A DNA stretch of 36,043 nt, from positions 1 through 36,043 of the forward strand of contig JBNJGV010000006.1 of assembly GCA_051819785.1 (NCBI GenBank), given 5' to 3'. The translations under genes and the position numbers were made by a program. Source of the stretch: Nanobdellota archaeon. GTDB lineage: Archaea; Nanobdellota; Nanobdellia; Woesearchaeales; DSVV01. The notes under the pieces were generated by a model. It made no database searches. It saw only the letters and a program-made list of their open reading frames with translations, and had not been told where the DNA came from. This document shows, one piece after another, positions 1 through 8,454 of the stretch (the first letter of the stretch is position 1; every line of letters begins with the position of its first letter).

Positions 1-30
1 TTTTTTGTTATTATGAAACAACAATAATTA

Positions 31-38
31 TTTAAATA
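31..38 (+). promoter_or_regulatory. Putative TATA box for a leaderless scpA transcript
   Basis: TTTAAATA ending 20 nt upstream of the ATG at 59. Confidence 0.55.
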
Positions 39-58
39 AGCTAATTAATGGTCTATCT

Positions 59-835
59 ATGGAAAACCAAACTAAACTTTTTGATATTATTTTCAATGAA
101 GATGAAGTTACTTGGCAATCTATGATTTATAAACTTGTAAGAGAAGAAGGAATGAATCCGTGGGATGTCAATATATCTGTTTTATCAAAAAGATTTCTTG
201 ATATGCTTCATAAATTAAAAAAAATGGATTTCAGAATTTCAGGAAAAGTAATTCTCGCTGCAGCGATGCTTCTTAGAATTAAATCTAGACGACTTGTTGG
301 TGAGGATTTTGATAATCTTGATAGGCTTATTGCTATGAGTGATGAAGCTGATGATGATTATGACAGTTTTGATGAAATTGAGGGTGGATTTATAGAAGAT
401 GTTGAAGAGATGGAAAAATCTGAGGAATTTTCAAAGAAAGGGGATGGGTACAAATTAAATACAAAAACACCTCTTCCCAGAAAAAGAAAAGTTTCAGTTT
501 ATGATTTGGTTGATGCTCTTCATAAAGCGCTTGAAGTTAAAAAAAGGCGAACAAACAGACTATCAAATGACTTAGAGGTTGACGTGAAGGTTCCTGAGAA
601 ACAAAGAGACATCACTAAAGTTATTCAGGAAGTTTATGAGAACATAGTAAAATATTTAGGTGAAAAAGGCGTAAAAAAACTTAATTTTTCAACAATTGTT
701 CCTGAAGGGAGCTCAAAAGAGGAGAAAGTGAGTACTTTTATGCCCTTACTATATCTTGATAATCAAAGGAAAATAGAAATGTATCAAGAGAGGCATTTGT
801 CAGATATTCATATAACTCTCAACCATACTACATAA
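59..835 (+). CDS. scpA: Segregation/condensation protein A (kleisin ScpA)
   Basis: N-terminal MNPWDVNI...SGKVILAAAMLLRIKS kleisin motif, RKRKVSVYDLVDAL, and C-terminal winged helix TFMPLLYLDNQRKIEMYQE; smc is in the same window. Confidence 0.93.
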   Translation: MENQTKLFDIIFNEDEVTWQSMIYKLVREEGMNPWDVNISVLSKRFLDMLHKLKKMDFRISGKVILAAAMLLRIKSRRLVGEDFDNLDRLIAMSDEADDDYDSFDEIEGGFIEDVEEMEKSEEFSKKGDGYKLNTKTPLPRKRKVSVYDLVDALHKALEVKKRRTNRLSNDLEVDVKVPEKQRDITKVIQEVYENIVKYLGEKGVKKLNFSTIVPEGSSKEEKVSTFMPLLYLDNQRKIEMYQERHLSDIHITLNHTT

Positions 836-852
836 AAAAATAGTGAATTCAA

Positions 853-2079
853 ATGAAAGAATTAGTAGCCATTTTTATAGCACTTTCTGCTCTTATTATT
901 GGTTCAATTACCGACCTTAAAAAAAGAGAGGTTCCAGATTGGCTGAATTATGGTTTGATGTTTGTTGGTTTCGCTCTTGCATTAATTGCAGGGATTATAG
1001 ATAATGATTTTGCTTATTTTCTTGAAAGCGCTGTTGGATTTATTTTCTTTTTTTTATTGGGTTCTTTGTTGTTTTATACAGGGCAATGGGGAGGCGGTGA
1101 CACTAAGATGCTAATGGGTTTAGGCGCTCTTGTTGGTATTGAGCTGTCTTTTAAAATTCCTCAGAATATTCAAGATGCCCCTTTTATGATTATTTTTGTA
1201 GGTCTGACCTTGGTTTCGGGAGCATTTTATGGTACTCTTTGGACGATATTTATGGCGTTTAAAAACCGCCGTTTATTTATCGAAGAATTCAAAAAAAGAT
1301 TATCGGCCAAGTGGATTATTTTTTTAAAATACCTGTGTCTTTTGTTAGTATTTATAGTAGCAATTGTTTTTTGGACAATTGATGATTTACTCTTAAAAAT
1401 GAGTTTTTTACTTATTGGTGTCTCTATACCTTTACTGTTTTATTTATCTATAGCTATAAAATCTATTGAAAAGGTTTGTATGATTAAAAAAGTTAGTCCT
1501 TCAAGCCTTACTGAAGGTGATTGGATTGAAGAAGAAATAATGGGAGATAAAACAAAAGTGTTTGGTAAAAAGGTTCTTTCTGAAAGTGATATTAAAAAGA
1601 TAAAAAAAATAAAATCTAAGTATTATGTGGATGTTAAACGTAAATTTTTAATTATAAGGCTTAAAAAAAGAGTTCATATTAGATTATTGAAAACCGGTGA
1701 TATCTTATTAGAAAAAATTGATAGTCCATTAAAACTAAATTCTGGGTTGTTGAAAAAAAGCGATATTGACAGGGTTAAAAATATTGGATTATATACTTTC
1801 AATACCCCAAAAATTCGGAAGAGTTTTATGTTTATGACTTATAAAACTGAATTTGATGAAGATTCTGTTAAAGCAGGAGACGAATTACTTAATGACCTTT
1901 ATTTTGGTGAATACATTTCAGGACCAAAAGATCTTGGAATAAGCAAACAAAACATTGCTAGGCTCGTAAAGTACCAAAAAGAAAATAAAATAAAACAAGT
2001 AACAATAAAGGAAGGTATTCCCTTTGTTCCCAGTTTTCTTATTGCTTTTATTGCGACTATTTTTTTGTTCTATTTATAG
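853..2079 (+). CDS. A24 family prepilin/preflagellin peptidase (PibD/FlaK-like) with an expanded cytoplasmic insert
   Basis: First catalytic Asp in ITDLKKREVPD, GxGD motif WGGGDTKML, multiple TM helices, C-terminal GIPFVPSFLIAF helix. Confidence 0.88.
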   Translation: MKELVAIFIALSALIIGSITDLKKREVPDWLNYGLMFVGFALALIAGIIDNDFAYFLESAVGFIFFFLLGSLLFYTGQWGGGDTKMLMGLGALVGIELSFKIPQNIQDAPFMIIFVGLTLVSGAFYGTLWTIFMAFKNRRLFIEEFKKRLSAKWIIFLKYLCLLLVFIVAIVFWTIDDLLLKMSFLLIGVSIPLLFYLSIAIKSIEKVCMIKKVSPSSLTEGDWIEEEIMGDKTKVFGKKVLSESDIKKIKKIKSKYYVDVKRKFLIIRLKKRVHIRLLKTGDILLEKIDSPLKLNSGLLKKSDIDRVKNIGLYTFNTPKIRKSFMFMTYKTEFDEDSVKAGDELLNDLYFGEYISGPKDLGISKQNIARLVKYQKENKIKQVTIKEGIPFVPSFLIAFIATIFLFYL

Positions 2080-2083
2080 ACAC

Positions 2084-2518
2084 TCATCTACTAAATTTAC
2101 CCATTAAAGTAGCTTGTTCGATTATATGCTTTTCCATAGCTCTTTTCAAATCTTCTTTAGTGGTTTCAGACACTAGATTGAGTTCAGTGTCTAATGCATA
2201 GAGCTTGAAGAAATACCTATGCTCACCTGATGGTGGACAGGGGCCTCCATAATGATTTCTTCCAAAGTTATTTATACCTTCTTTTCCGGGTATTGAATCT
2301 TCTTTGATTTCATCAGTTGGTTCAATATCCCATACAACCCAATGGACGAATGTCCCCATTGGCGCGTCAGGGTCGTCCATTATTAATGCAAGGGTTTTAG
2401 TATTTTCAGGTATGTCCTTTATATTGAGTGGCGGATTAATATCTTCACCCTCGCATGAATATTTTTCAGGTATTACTCCTCCGTCTTCAAAAACAGCACT
2501 TGTTAGTTTAAGAGCCAT
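2084..2518 (-). CDS. YbhB/YbcL family PEBP (Raf kinase inhibitor-like) protein
   Basis: LIMDDPDAP, FVHWVVWDI, YGGPCPPSGEHRYFFKLYALD motifs. Confidence 0.95.
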   Translation of the reverse strand: MALKLTSAVFEDGGVIPEKYSCEGEDINPPLNIKDIPENTKTLALIMDDPDAPMGTFVHWVVWDIEPTDEIKEDSIPGKEGINNFGRNHYGGPCPPSGEHRYFFKLYALDTELNLVSETTKEDLKRAMEKHIIEQATLMGKFSR

Positions 2519-2761
2519 ATAATCACCCCCATTTTTAGAAGAGTAATATAAACTTAAATATAAAATTTCTTATCAAAGACCTTTTAAATTTTTATTTTAA
2601 TAGTATTATATCAATTTTGGCGGATTAATTTATAAGTAATTATTTTGTCTTATATTTGTCTTGAAAATTTTTTTAGCATTTATTTATTCTTTTATTCATC
2701 CGTTTATTTTTTTTGAAGTTCACCATTAATCTTATAAATGGTAGCTTTTTGCAGTAATTTT

Positions 2762-4888
2762 ATGAAACCTGAGTTTAATTCGGATGGAAGTCTTAAAGTG
2801 CCAGACAAACTAAAAAGAAAAATTTCTCCTGAAGAAAAAGTCATCAGGGTGTTAAATGAACTTGATTATCCCTTCGGTAAAAGATTAATAGCTGAAGTAC
2901 TTAAGGGTGAGTTGACTCCTAGAATAAAGAAATTGAAGCTTAATCAGCTTTTAAGTTTTGGTGCGCTTGAGTTATATGATTTTCCTGATATCTATGAGTT
3001 GCTTGATAATATGGTTTTCCAGGGCATTCTTAAAGTTGAAAAATCTCATAAAACAGGATTCTTACCAGTTGTTATGATTAATAATGGGCTTTTCAAAGGG
3101 GATAATGAGGGTAAGGGAGTAACTTGTCAAAATTCTTTTGATGAGGTTACTGAAGATGACAAAAACAAGTTCATGGCTTTAGATTCCTTTTTAAACGGGT
3201 ATAATGATGAACAAAAAAAAAGTATAATAGAAGATCATAATAAGATTTTATGTATTGCGGGTGCAGGAAGCGGAAAAACAACTGTTCTTACAAAGAGGAT
3301 AGAATTCCTTGTTAAATATAAATCTGTTTCCAGCAGAGAAATTCTTGCAGTAACTTTTACAAGGAAAGCTAGACAAGAGATGATGAGTAGGCTTTCATAT
3401 ATGCTTCCCGGACACAATGTGTCAATAGAAACTTTCAATTCTCTATGTGAAAAGATTCTTCAAAAGAATGAATCATTAATATATGACAAAAAATACAGGG
3501 TTATGAGTTTCAAAGATAAGGTTGAAGTTTTCAATACTGCTTTGAGCAATCAAGGGTTTAGTGTTAGAGAAGCTATAGATAAGTATTACTCAAGAAAAAA
3601 ACAGAGAACTACCGACCAAAAACAATTGTTTTTTGGTCTTATTAATGATGTGTTCTCGATAATTGAAAATTGTAAAAATAACGACCAGAGTGTTCCAGAA
3701 ATCAGGCAAGCAATAAATAATATGGGCAATGTTTCTGAGAAAAATACTGGTCTTTTTATTTACTCTTTGATTAGGGAAATTGAAAAGCTTAAGACTGAAT
3801 ATGGTTTAAGGGATTATACTGATCAGTTGCGGGATGGTGTTAAGCTAATTGAACAAAAGCAAGATTTACTAAGGTTTTCTAATGTTCTAATAGACGAGTT
3901 TCAAGATGTAAATGAGATCCAGATAAAATTATTAAAAAAGATGTCTCCTGAAAATATTTTTGCTGTTGGTGACCCGAGACAGAGTATATATGGTTGGAGG
4001 GGTTCAAAAGTTGAATATATTATGAATTTTTCAGGGTTATATCCTGATTCTAAGATTATCCAGTTATCGAACAACTATAGATCGTGCCCCTGTATAGTTG
4101 ATGCTGGAAATGCTTTAATAAAAAGAATGAATCTTCCCCCTTTAACAGGTGTCAAAGACAGGGAGAACAAAATAACATTAATACAGCAAGAAAACCAGGA
4201 TGCAGAAGCAATGTTTATTGCCCAAAGTATACTTTCCATGGATGTTAAAAGGAAGAATATTTTTGTTCTTGTAAGGACAAATAAGCAAGCTGATAAAATT
4301 TCAGAAGTATTCACTTCACATAATATATCCTTTCTTAAAAGGACTGTTGAAGAACAAAAACAGAAATTACAGCCTGCTGAAAACGAAGTAACTATATCAA
4401 CAGTTCATGCAATAAAGGGGCTTGAGGCAGAGGTAGTTTATCTTGCAGGAGTAAATTCAAACAATTTTCCATGCCTTGTCTCAGATAATCCTGTTGTTGA
4501 TCAGATGAAACTGAATCTTCATTATGATAAATATAATGAAGAATTAAGGCTTTTATATGTTGCAATGACAAGGGCCAAGAAAAGGTTGGTTATTAGTTAT
4601 TATAATAAGCTAAGCCCCTTTATTACAAATGAGGTTTCTGAGATTATGTCTTTTTCAAAAAATGGTTCGTTACAGGTCAATCCTGAGGAAAAATTAAGAC
4701 AATGGAGGATTGAAAAGGCGAGAGAGCTCGGGATGCTGCCTTATATGTTGTTTAGTGATAAGACAATGTATCAACTTTTGTCAATGAGACCAAGAAATTG
4801 TGATGAGCTTAATCTAATAAATGGGATTGGTGAAGCTAAGATAAACCGCTTTGGTGATGAACTTCTTGATATGCTTTCTACATTGTAA
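2762..4888 (+). CDS. UvrD/PcrA-family SF1A helicase fused to an N-terminal RQC-like winged helix and a C-terminal HRDC domain
   Basis: Motifs AGAGSGKT, VTFTRKA, DEFQD, GDPRQSIYGWRG, NYRS, TVHAIKGLE, EELRLLYVAMTRAK; HRDC-like LRQWRIEKARELGMLPYMLFSDKT...GIGEAK. Start moved from 2738 to ATG 2762 because 2738 overlaps a TATA-like CTTATAAA (2731-2738). Confidence 0.9.
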   Translation: MKPEFNSDGSLKVPDKLKRKISPEEKVIRVLNELDYPFGKRLIAEVLKGELTPRIKKLKLNQLLSFGALELYDFPDIYELLDNMVFQGILKVEKSHKTGFLPVVMINNGLFKGDNEGKGVTCQNSFDEVTEDDKNKFMALDSFLNGYNDEQKKSIIEDHNKILCIAGAGSGKTTVLTKRIEFLVKYKSVSSREILAVTFTRKARQEMMSRLSYMLPGHNVSIETFNSLCEKILQKNESLIYDKKYRVMSFKDKVEVFNTALSNQGFSVREAIDKYYSRKKQRTTDQKQLFFGLINDVFSIIENCKNNDQSVPEIRQAINNMGNVSEKNTGLFIYSLIREIEKLKTEYGLRDYTDQLRDGVKLIEQKQDLLRFSNVLIDEFQDVNEIQIKLLKKMSPENIFAVGDPRQSIYGWRGSKVEYIMNFSGLYPDSKIIQLSNNYRSCPCIVDAGNALIKRMNLPPLTGVKDRENKITLIQQENQDAEAMFIAQSILSMDVKRKNIFVLVRTNKQADKISEVFTSHNISFLKRTVEEQKQKLQPAENEVTISTVHAIKGLEAEVVYLAGVNSNNFPCLVSDNPVVDQMKLNLHYDKYNEELRLLYVAMTRAKKRLVISYYNKLSPFITNEVSEIMSFSKNGSLQVNPEEKLRQWRIEKARELGMLPYMLFSDKTMYQLLSMRPRNCDELNLINGIGEAKINRFGDELLDMLSTL

Positions 4889-4948
4889 CTACTATTAATT
4901 GGTAACTAAGTATTTTAAATGAATCTATCTTAAGTTGAAAAGGATATT

Positions 4949-5473
4949 ATGGTAAGATATGCTGAAAATTCGCTGGAGAGAGTAGTTAATAAACTAGTTT
5001 TTATATCAATTTTCTTTATACTTGTTATGGTTATTATGGATATATTGTCTTTTTTTTTAAATTCATTCCAGAATCCATTAAGTCAGGTCTCCGTAATATT
5101 GGGCTTTATGATTAATCTTATTTTTTTGGTAGATTTATTGCTTATTTTTAGAAAAGAGCTAACTATTGCTTCATTTTTTAAAAATAATTGGCTTGATATA
5201 ATTGCTGTACTCCCTTTTGATATGTTCAGGTTGGCAAAAATTGCGAGGCTTTCAAAACTTGCGAGATTCACACGCCTAACAAAAGAGACGAGGCTTTTTA
5301 GGTTTATACCAAGAATATTTTATTTAAGGGGAGCAAAAGCATTTTCAAAAGAGACAGATTTGAACAGGCAACTTGAACGGACTAGAGATAGAATCTTTGA
5401 GCTTAAATTAAAAAGAAAAGATTCAGAAATGGAAAAACTTTACCATAAGATTAAAAAGATAACTGGGGTTTAG
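4949..5473 (+). CDS. Stand-alone voltage-sensor-like (Ion_trans S1-S4) membrane protein with no pore domain
   Basis: S2-like NLIFLVDLLLIF, S3-like KNNWLDIIAVLPF, S4-like R/K at every third residue (FRLAKIARLSKLARFTRLTKETRLFR); no S5-P-S6 or GYG filter; charged helical tail. Confidence 0.75.
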   Translation: MVRYAENSLERVVNKLVFISIFFILVMVIMDILSFFLNSFQNPLSQVSVILGFMINLIFLVDLLLIFRKELTIASFFKNNWLDIIAVLPFDMFRLAKIARLSKLARFTRLTKETRLFRFIPRIFYLRGAKAFSKETDLNRQLERTRDRIFELKLKRKDSEMEKLYHKIKKITGV

Positions 5474-5480
5474 ATTTAAA

Positions 5481-6617
5481 ATGGCTAAAAATGAGATAAC
5501 AACAGGTGTTGATAAGCTTATAAAACTTATAGATGAAGCAGGAGGTAGAATTGCTCTTAAAGATGCAATGAAAAGGCTTAATGTTTCTAAAGAACTTATA
5601 GAAGAATGGGCAAGTACTTTAGAGGAGAATAAAACAATAAGTATTGAAGACAAGCTTTTCAGGACGTACCTTGTAAAAGGGGTTAGCCAAAAAGAGCTTA
5701 AGAAAAAGGCAAAGGAATTGACATTAAAAGAAGAGGCCTTTAAGCAAAATGCGCTTGTGGCTCTTAAGGATTTCAAGGGAGAGGCAAAAGGTCTTGAGGA
5801 ATTGGAAAAAGAATTTGAGTCCCTTTCTAAAACTTTGAAAGATAAAAGTAAATCAATAAATGACCAGTTAAAGAATTTATATGAATTTGATAAATTGAAC
5901 AAAACTTTTGAACAGGAATTAAATGAAGTTGATAAAAGAACTAATGATTATGTAAAAAAAATTGAGGATGCAGTTGAATCAAAGAAGAAAGAATATCAGG
6001 ATCTATTATCAAAAGTTGATAAGGAAAAACAAGTTATTGATAAAAAAAATAAGGAACTTCAAAAATTTCTTGAGAATGCTAATCGGCTTAATAAAGAGAT
6101 TTCGGAATCCAAACGAAAGATTAGTGAATTGCAGGAATCTGCAAAGAATGTAAAGCCTCAAATTGAGCTTCTTAAGGAATCAAATGTCAAGGATTTTGTT
6201 TCTAAACAAAAAGAATTTGTTCAGAGGATATCAAAAAAACAATCCAAATTCTTGAAAGAGATTATGCTTAAGAGGAAGTTTATGAAAATTGGCTTTGAAG
6301 AAAGCCAGATGATTAAAGAAAGAATTGATTATTTTTTCAATAAACACCAAAAAATTGAAAAAAAATACGAAAAGTTGCGAAATGAGCGAAGCGAGATCCT
6401 AAAAGAACTAGGAGAAATACTCAAACTTGCTGAGCAATATAGGGTTTTGGCTAAGAAAAAGGATGTTTCAAGAGAATTTGAACAAGTTGAAAAAAGATTT
6501 TCTCAAATTAAGAAAAGGAAAGAAAATTTTAACCAAGAACTTGAAGAATTGCGCAAGACTGTCAAAGGCAAAAACGCAGGAAAATCAAAATCTATAAGGA
6601 GAAGAAAACAAAAATAA
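5481..6617 (+). CDS. Hypothetical protein: N-terminal winged-helix-like domain plus long coiled coil
   Basis: TGVDKLIKLI...IALKDAMKRLNVSKELIEEWASTLEE resembles a wHTH; the rest is K/E-rich with heptad periodicity. Confidence 0.7.
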   Translation: MAKNEITTGVDKLIKLIDEAGGRIALKDAMKRLNVSKELIEEWASTLEENKTISIEDKLFRTYLVKGVSQKELKKKAKELTLKEEAFKQNALVALKDFKGEAKGLEELEKEFESLSKTLKDKSKSINDQLKNLYEFDKLNKTFEQELNEVDKRTNDYVKKIEDAVESKKKEYQDLLSKVDKEKQVIDKKNKELQKFLENANRLNKEISESKRKISELQESAKNVKPQIELLKESNVKDFVSKQKEFVQRISKKQSKFLKEIMLKRKFMKIGFEESQMIKERIDYFFNKHQKIEKKYEKLRNERSEILKELGEILKLAEQYRVLAKKKDVSREFEQVEKRFSQIKKRKENFNQELEELRKTVKGKNAGKSKSIRRRKQK

Positions 6618-6646
6618 TATTAATAAACTCTTATAATTGAAGCCTT

Positions 6647-7297
6647 ATGGATGCAAAAGATGTAATTTTAGTTGTGTGTGCGCATAATGATGATCATATA
6701 CTCGGAGTTGGTGGGACCCTGGCCAAATATGCTAAACAGGGATATAAGGTAGTAGTAATTATTTTATCTTATGGTGAGACCTCACATGTGTGGCTTAAGC
6801 AAAAGGAAATAATTAAAACAAGGGTTAAAGAATCACGGAATGCCGATAAAATATTGGGGCTTCATAAAACTTATTATTATGGTCTAAAAGAAGGAAGCTT
6901 TTTGAATGAGTTTGAGAATAAAGGAATTCAAAAGAAGCTCTTGAGAACTATTTCTGTTTTGAAGCCTGTTAAAATATTTACTCATTCATTTGACGATTTA
7001 CATCCAGATCATAGGGCAACTTACAGCAAATTGATGGAAACTGTTGAGAAGTCAGGAATTGGTTGTGATGTATATTCTTTTGATATATGGAATCCTTTTA
7101 ATATTAGGAAAAGAGATAGTCCTAAGATGGTGGTTGATATAACCAAAACTTTTAAGTTAAAAGTTAAATCTTTCGCTCTTCATAAGAGCCAGTGGCAGGC
7201 AAAATTGATTATGACACCTGCTATGTATGCCAGGGGTATATTAAATGGATTAGAGCATGGTATAAAGTTTGCTGAGGTTTTTTATAAGTTAAAATGA
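6647..7297 (+). CDS. PIG-L/LmbE family metal-dependent GlcNAc de-N-acetylase
   Basis: AHNDDH (variant of AHPDDE), LSYGE, DLHPDH, K...HKSQ motifs. Confidence 0.9.
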   Translation: MDAKDVILVVCAHNDDHILGVGGTLAKYAKQGYKVVVIILSYGETSHVWLKQKEIIKTRVKESRNADKILGLHKTYYYGLKEGSFLNEFENKGIQKKLLRTISVLKPVKIFTHSFDDLHPDHRATYSKLMETVEKSGIGCDVYSFDIWNPFNIRKRDSPKMVVDITKTFKLKVKSFALHKSQWQAKLIMTPAMYARGILNGLEHGIKFAEVFYKLK

Positions 7298-8409
7298 AAA
7301 AGCTGCTAATTGCAACGGATGGTTTTTTGCCAAGATGGGATGGGATTGTCAGGTTTCTTATAGAATTAGTCCCTCGTTTAGAAAAAGATTATCAAATAAA
7401 GATTGTTGCCCCTAAGTTTCCAGGTCACTTTATAAATCCATTTAATTCAGAAGTTATAAGGTTTGATCTTATGAACCGAAATTTTGGTGATATACAATTT
7501 TCTAAGGTGAAAGCTAAATCACTAGAGCCTTATATAGAATGGTCTGATTTGGTATTTGTTCAAAGTTTAGGCACGTTGGGAATGAAGACTATAAAGCTTG
7601 CTAAAAAATCAGGTAAGCCAACGATTTCTTTTCTTCATTTGATTGAGTGGGAACTTGCAACAAAGAGTATAAAACATTTTAAACGAATTGCTAGGTACTT
7701 AAGTTTTATAATTTCTAAAAAATATTATAAAATGTGTGATATGCTTATTTGTCCGTCAGAAGAGATGTCTCTTATTTACGAAAAAAATGGCATAAAAACA
7801 CCAAAAAAAGTTGCAACCTTGGGTACTGATATTTATTATTTTAAGCCAATGGATAAAACAAAAGCTAAAGAACGGATAGGAATAGGTGAGGAGACTAAAA
7901 TAATAGGATATCATGGAAGGATAGGAAGAGAAAAAGATCTTGTGACTCTTTATAGGGCATTTAGAAGGGTTGAAAGAAAATATTCTGGTGTTAAACTTAT
8001 GATTGTAGGTAAAGGAGTAAAGGAAATGGAAACTATTTTCTCTTCTGATAAAAATATAATTTTTCCTGGTTCACAAGATGATGTTGCTTCGTATTTACAG
8101 GCAATGGATATTTATGTAACGCCTTCTTTGACTGAAACCACTTCTTTATCCACTCTTGAAGCAATGTCGTGTGGTCTTCCTGTGATTTCAACACCTGCTG
8201 GTTCGGTTAAGGAGTATATCAGTGAAAGGGAGAATGGTATGCTTTTCCCTTTCAGAAATTCGGTTAGGTTATCTATGAAGATAGAGCTTCTTCTTAATAA
8301 TAAGGAGTTGCGCGAAAAACTTGGAAAGAATGCTCGCCAAACAGTGAAAGAAAACTTTAATTGGGAAAAAACTTACAAAGATATAAAGGAAGTATTGGGA
8401 AGGTTTTAG
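7294..8409 (+). CDS. GT4 family glycosyltransferase
   Basis: TDGFLPRWDGIV N-terminus, HGRIGREKD, PSLTETTSLSTLEAMSCGLPVI (EX7E); overlaps the upstream PIG-L gene by 4 nt. Confidence 0.92.
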   Translation: MKKLLIATDGFLPRWDGIVRFLIELVPRLEKDYQIKIVAPKFPGHFINPFNSEVIRFDLMNRNFGDIQFSKVKAKSLEPYIEWSDLVFVQSLGTLGMKTIKLAKKSGKPTISFLHLIEWELATKSIKHFKRIARYLSFIISKKYYKMCDMLICPSEEMSLIYEKNGIKTPKKVATLGTDIYYFKPMDKTKAKERIGIGEETKIIGYHGRIGREKDLVTLYRAFRRVERKYSGVKLMIVGKGVKEMETIFSSDKNIIFPGSQDDVASYLQAMDIYVTPSLTETTSLSTLEAMSCGLPVISTPAGSVKEYISERENGMLFPFRNSVRLSMKIELLLNNKELREKLGKNARQTVKENFNWEKTYKDIKEVLGRF

Positions 8410-8454
8410 TCTGCTTGAACTAAATTTTTTATATATGAATTGTATTATCAATAA

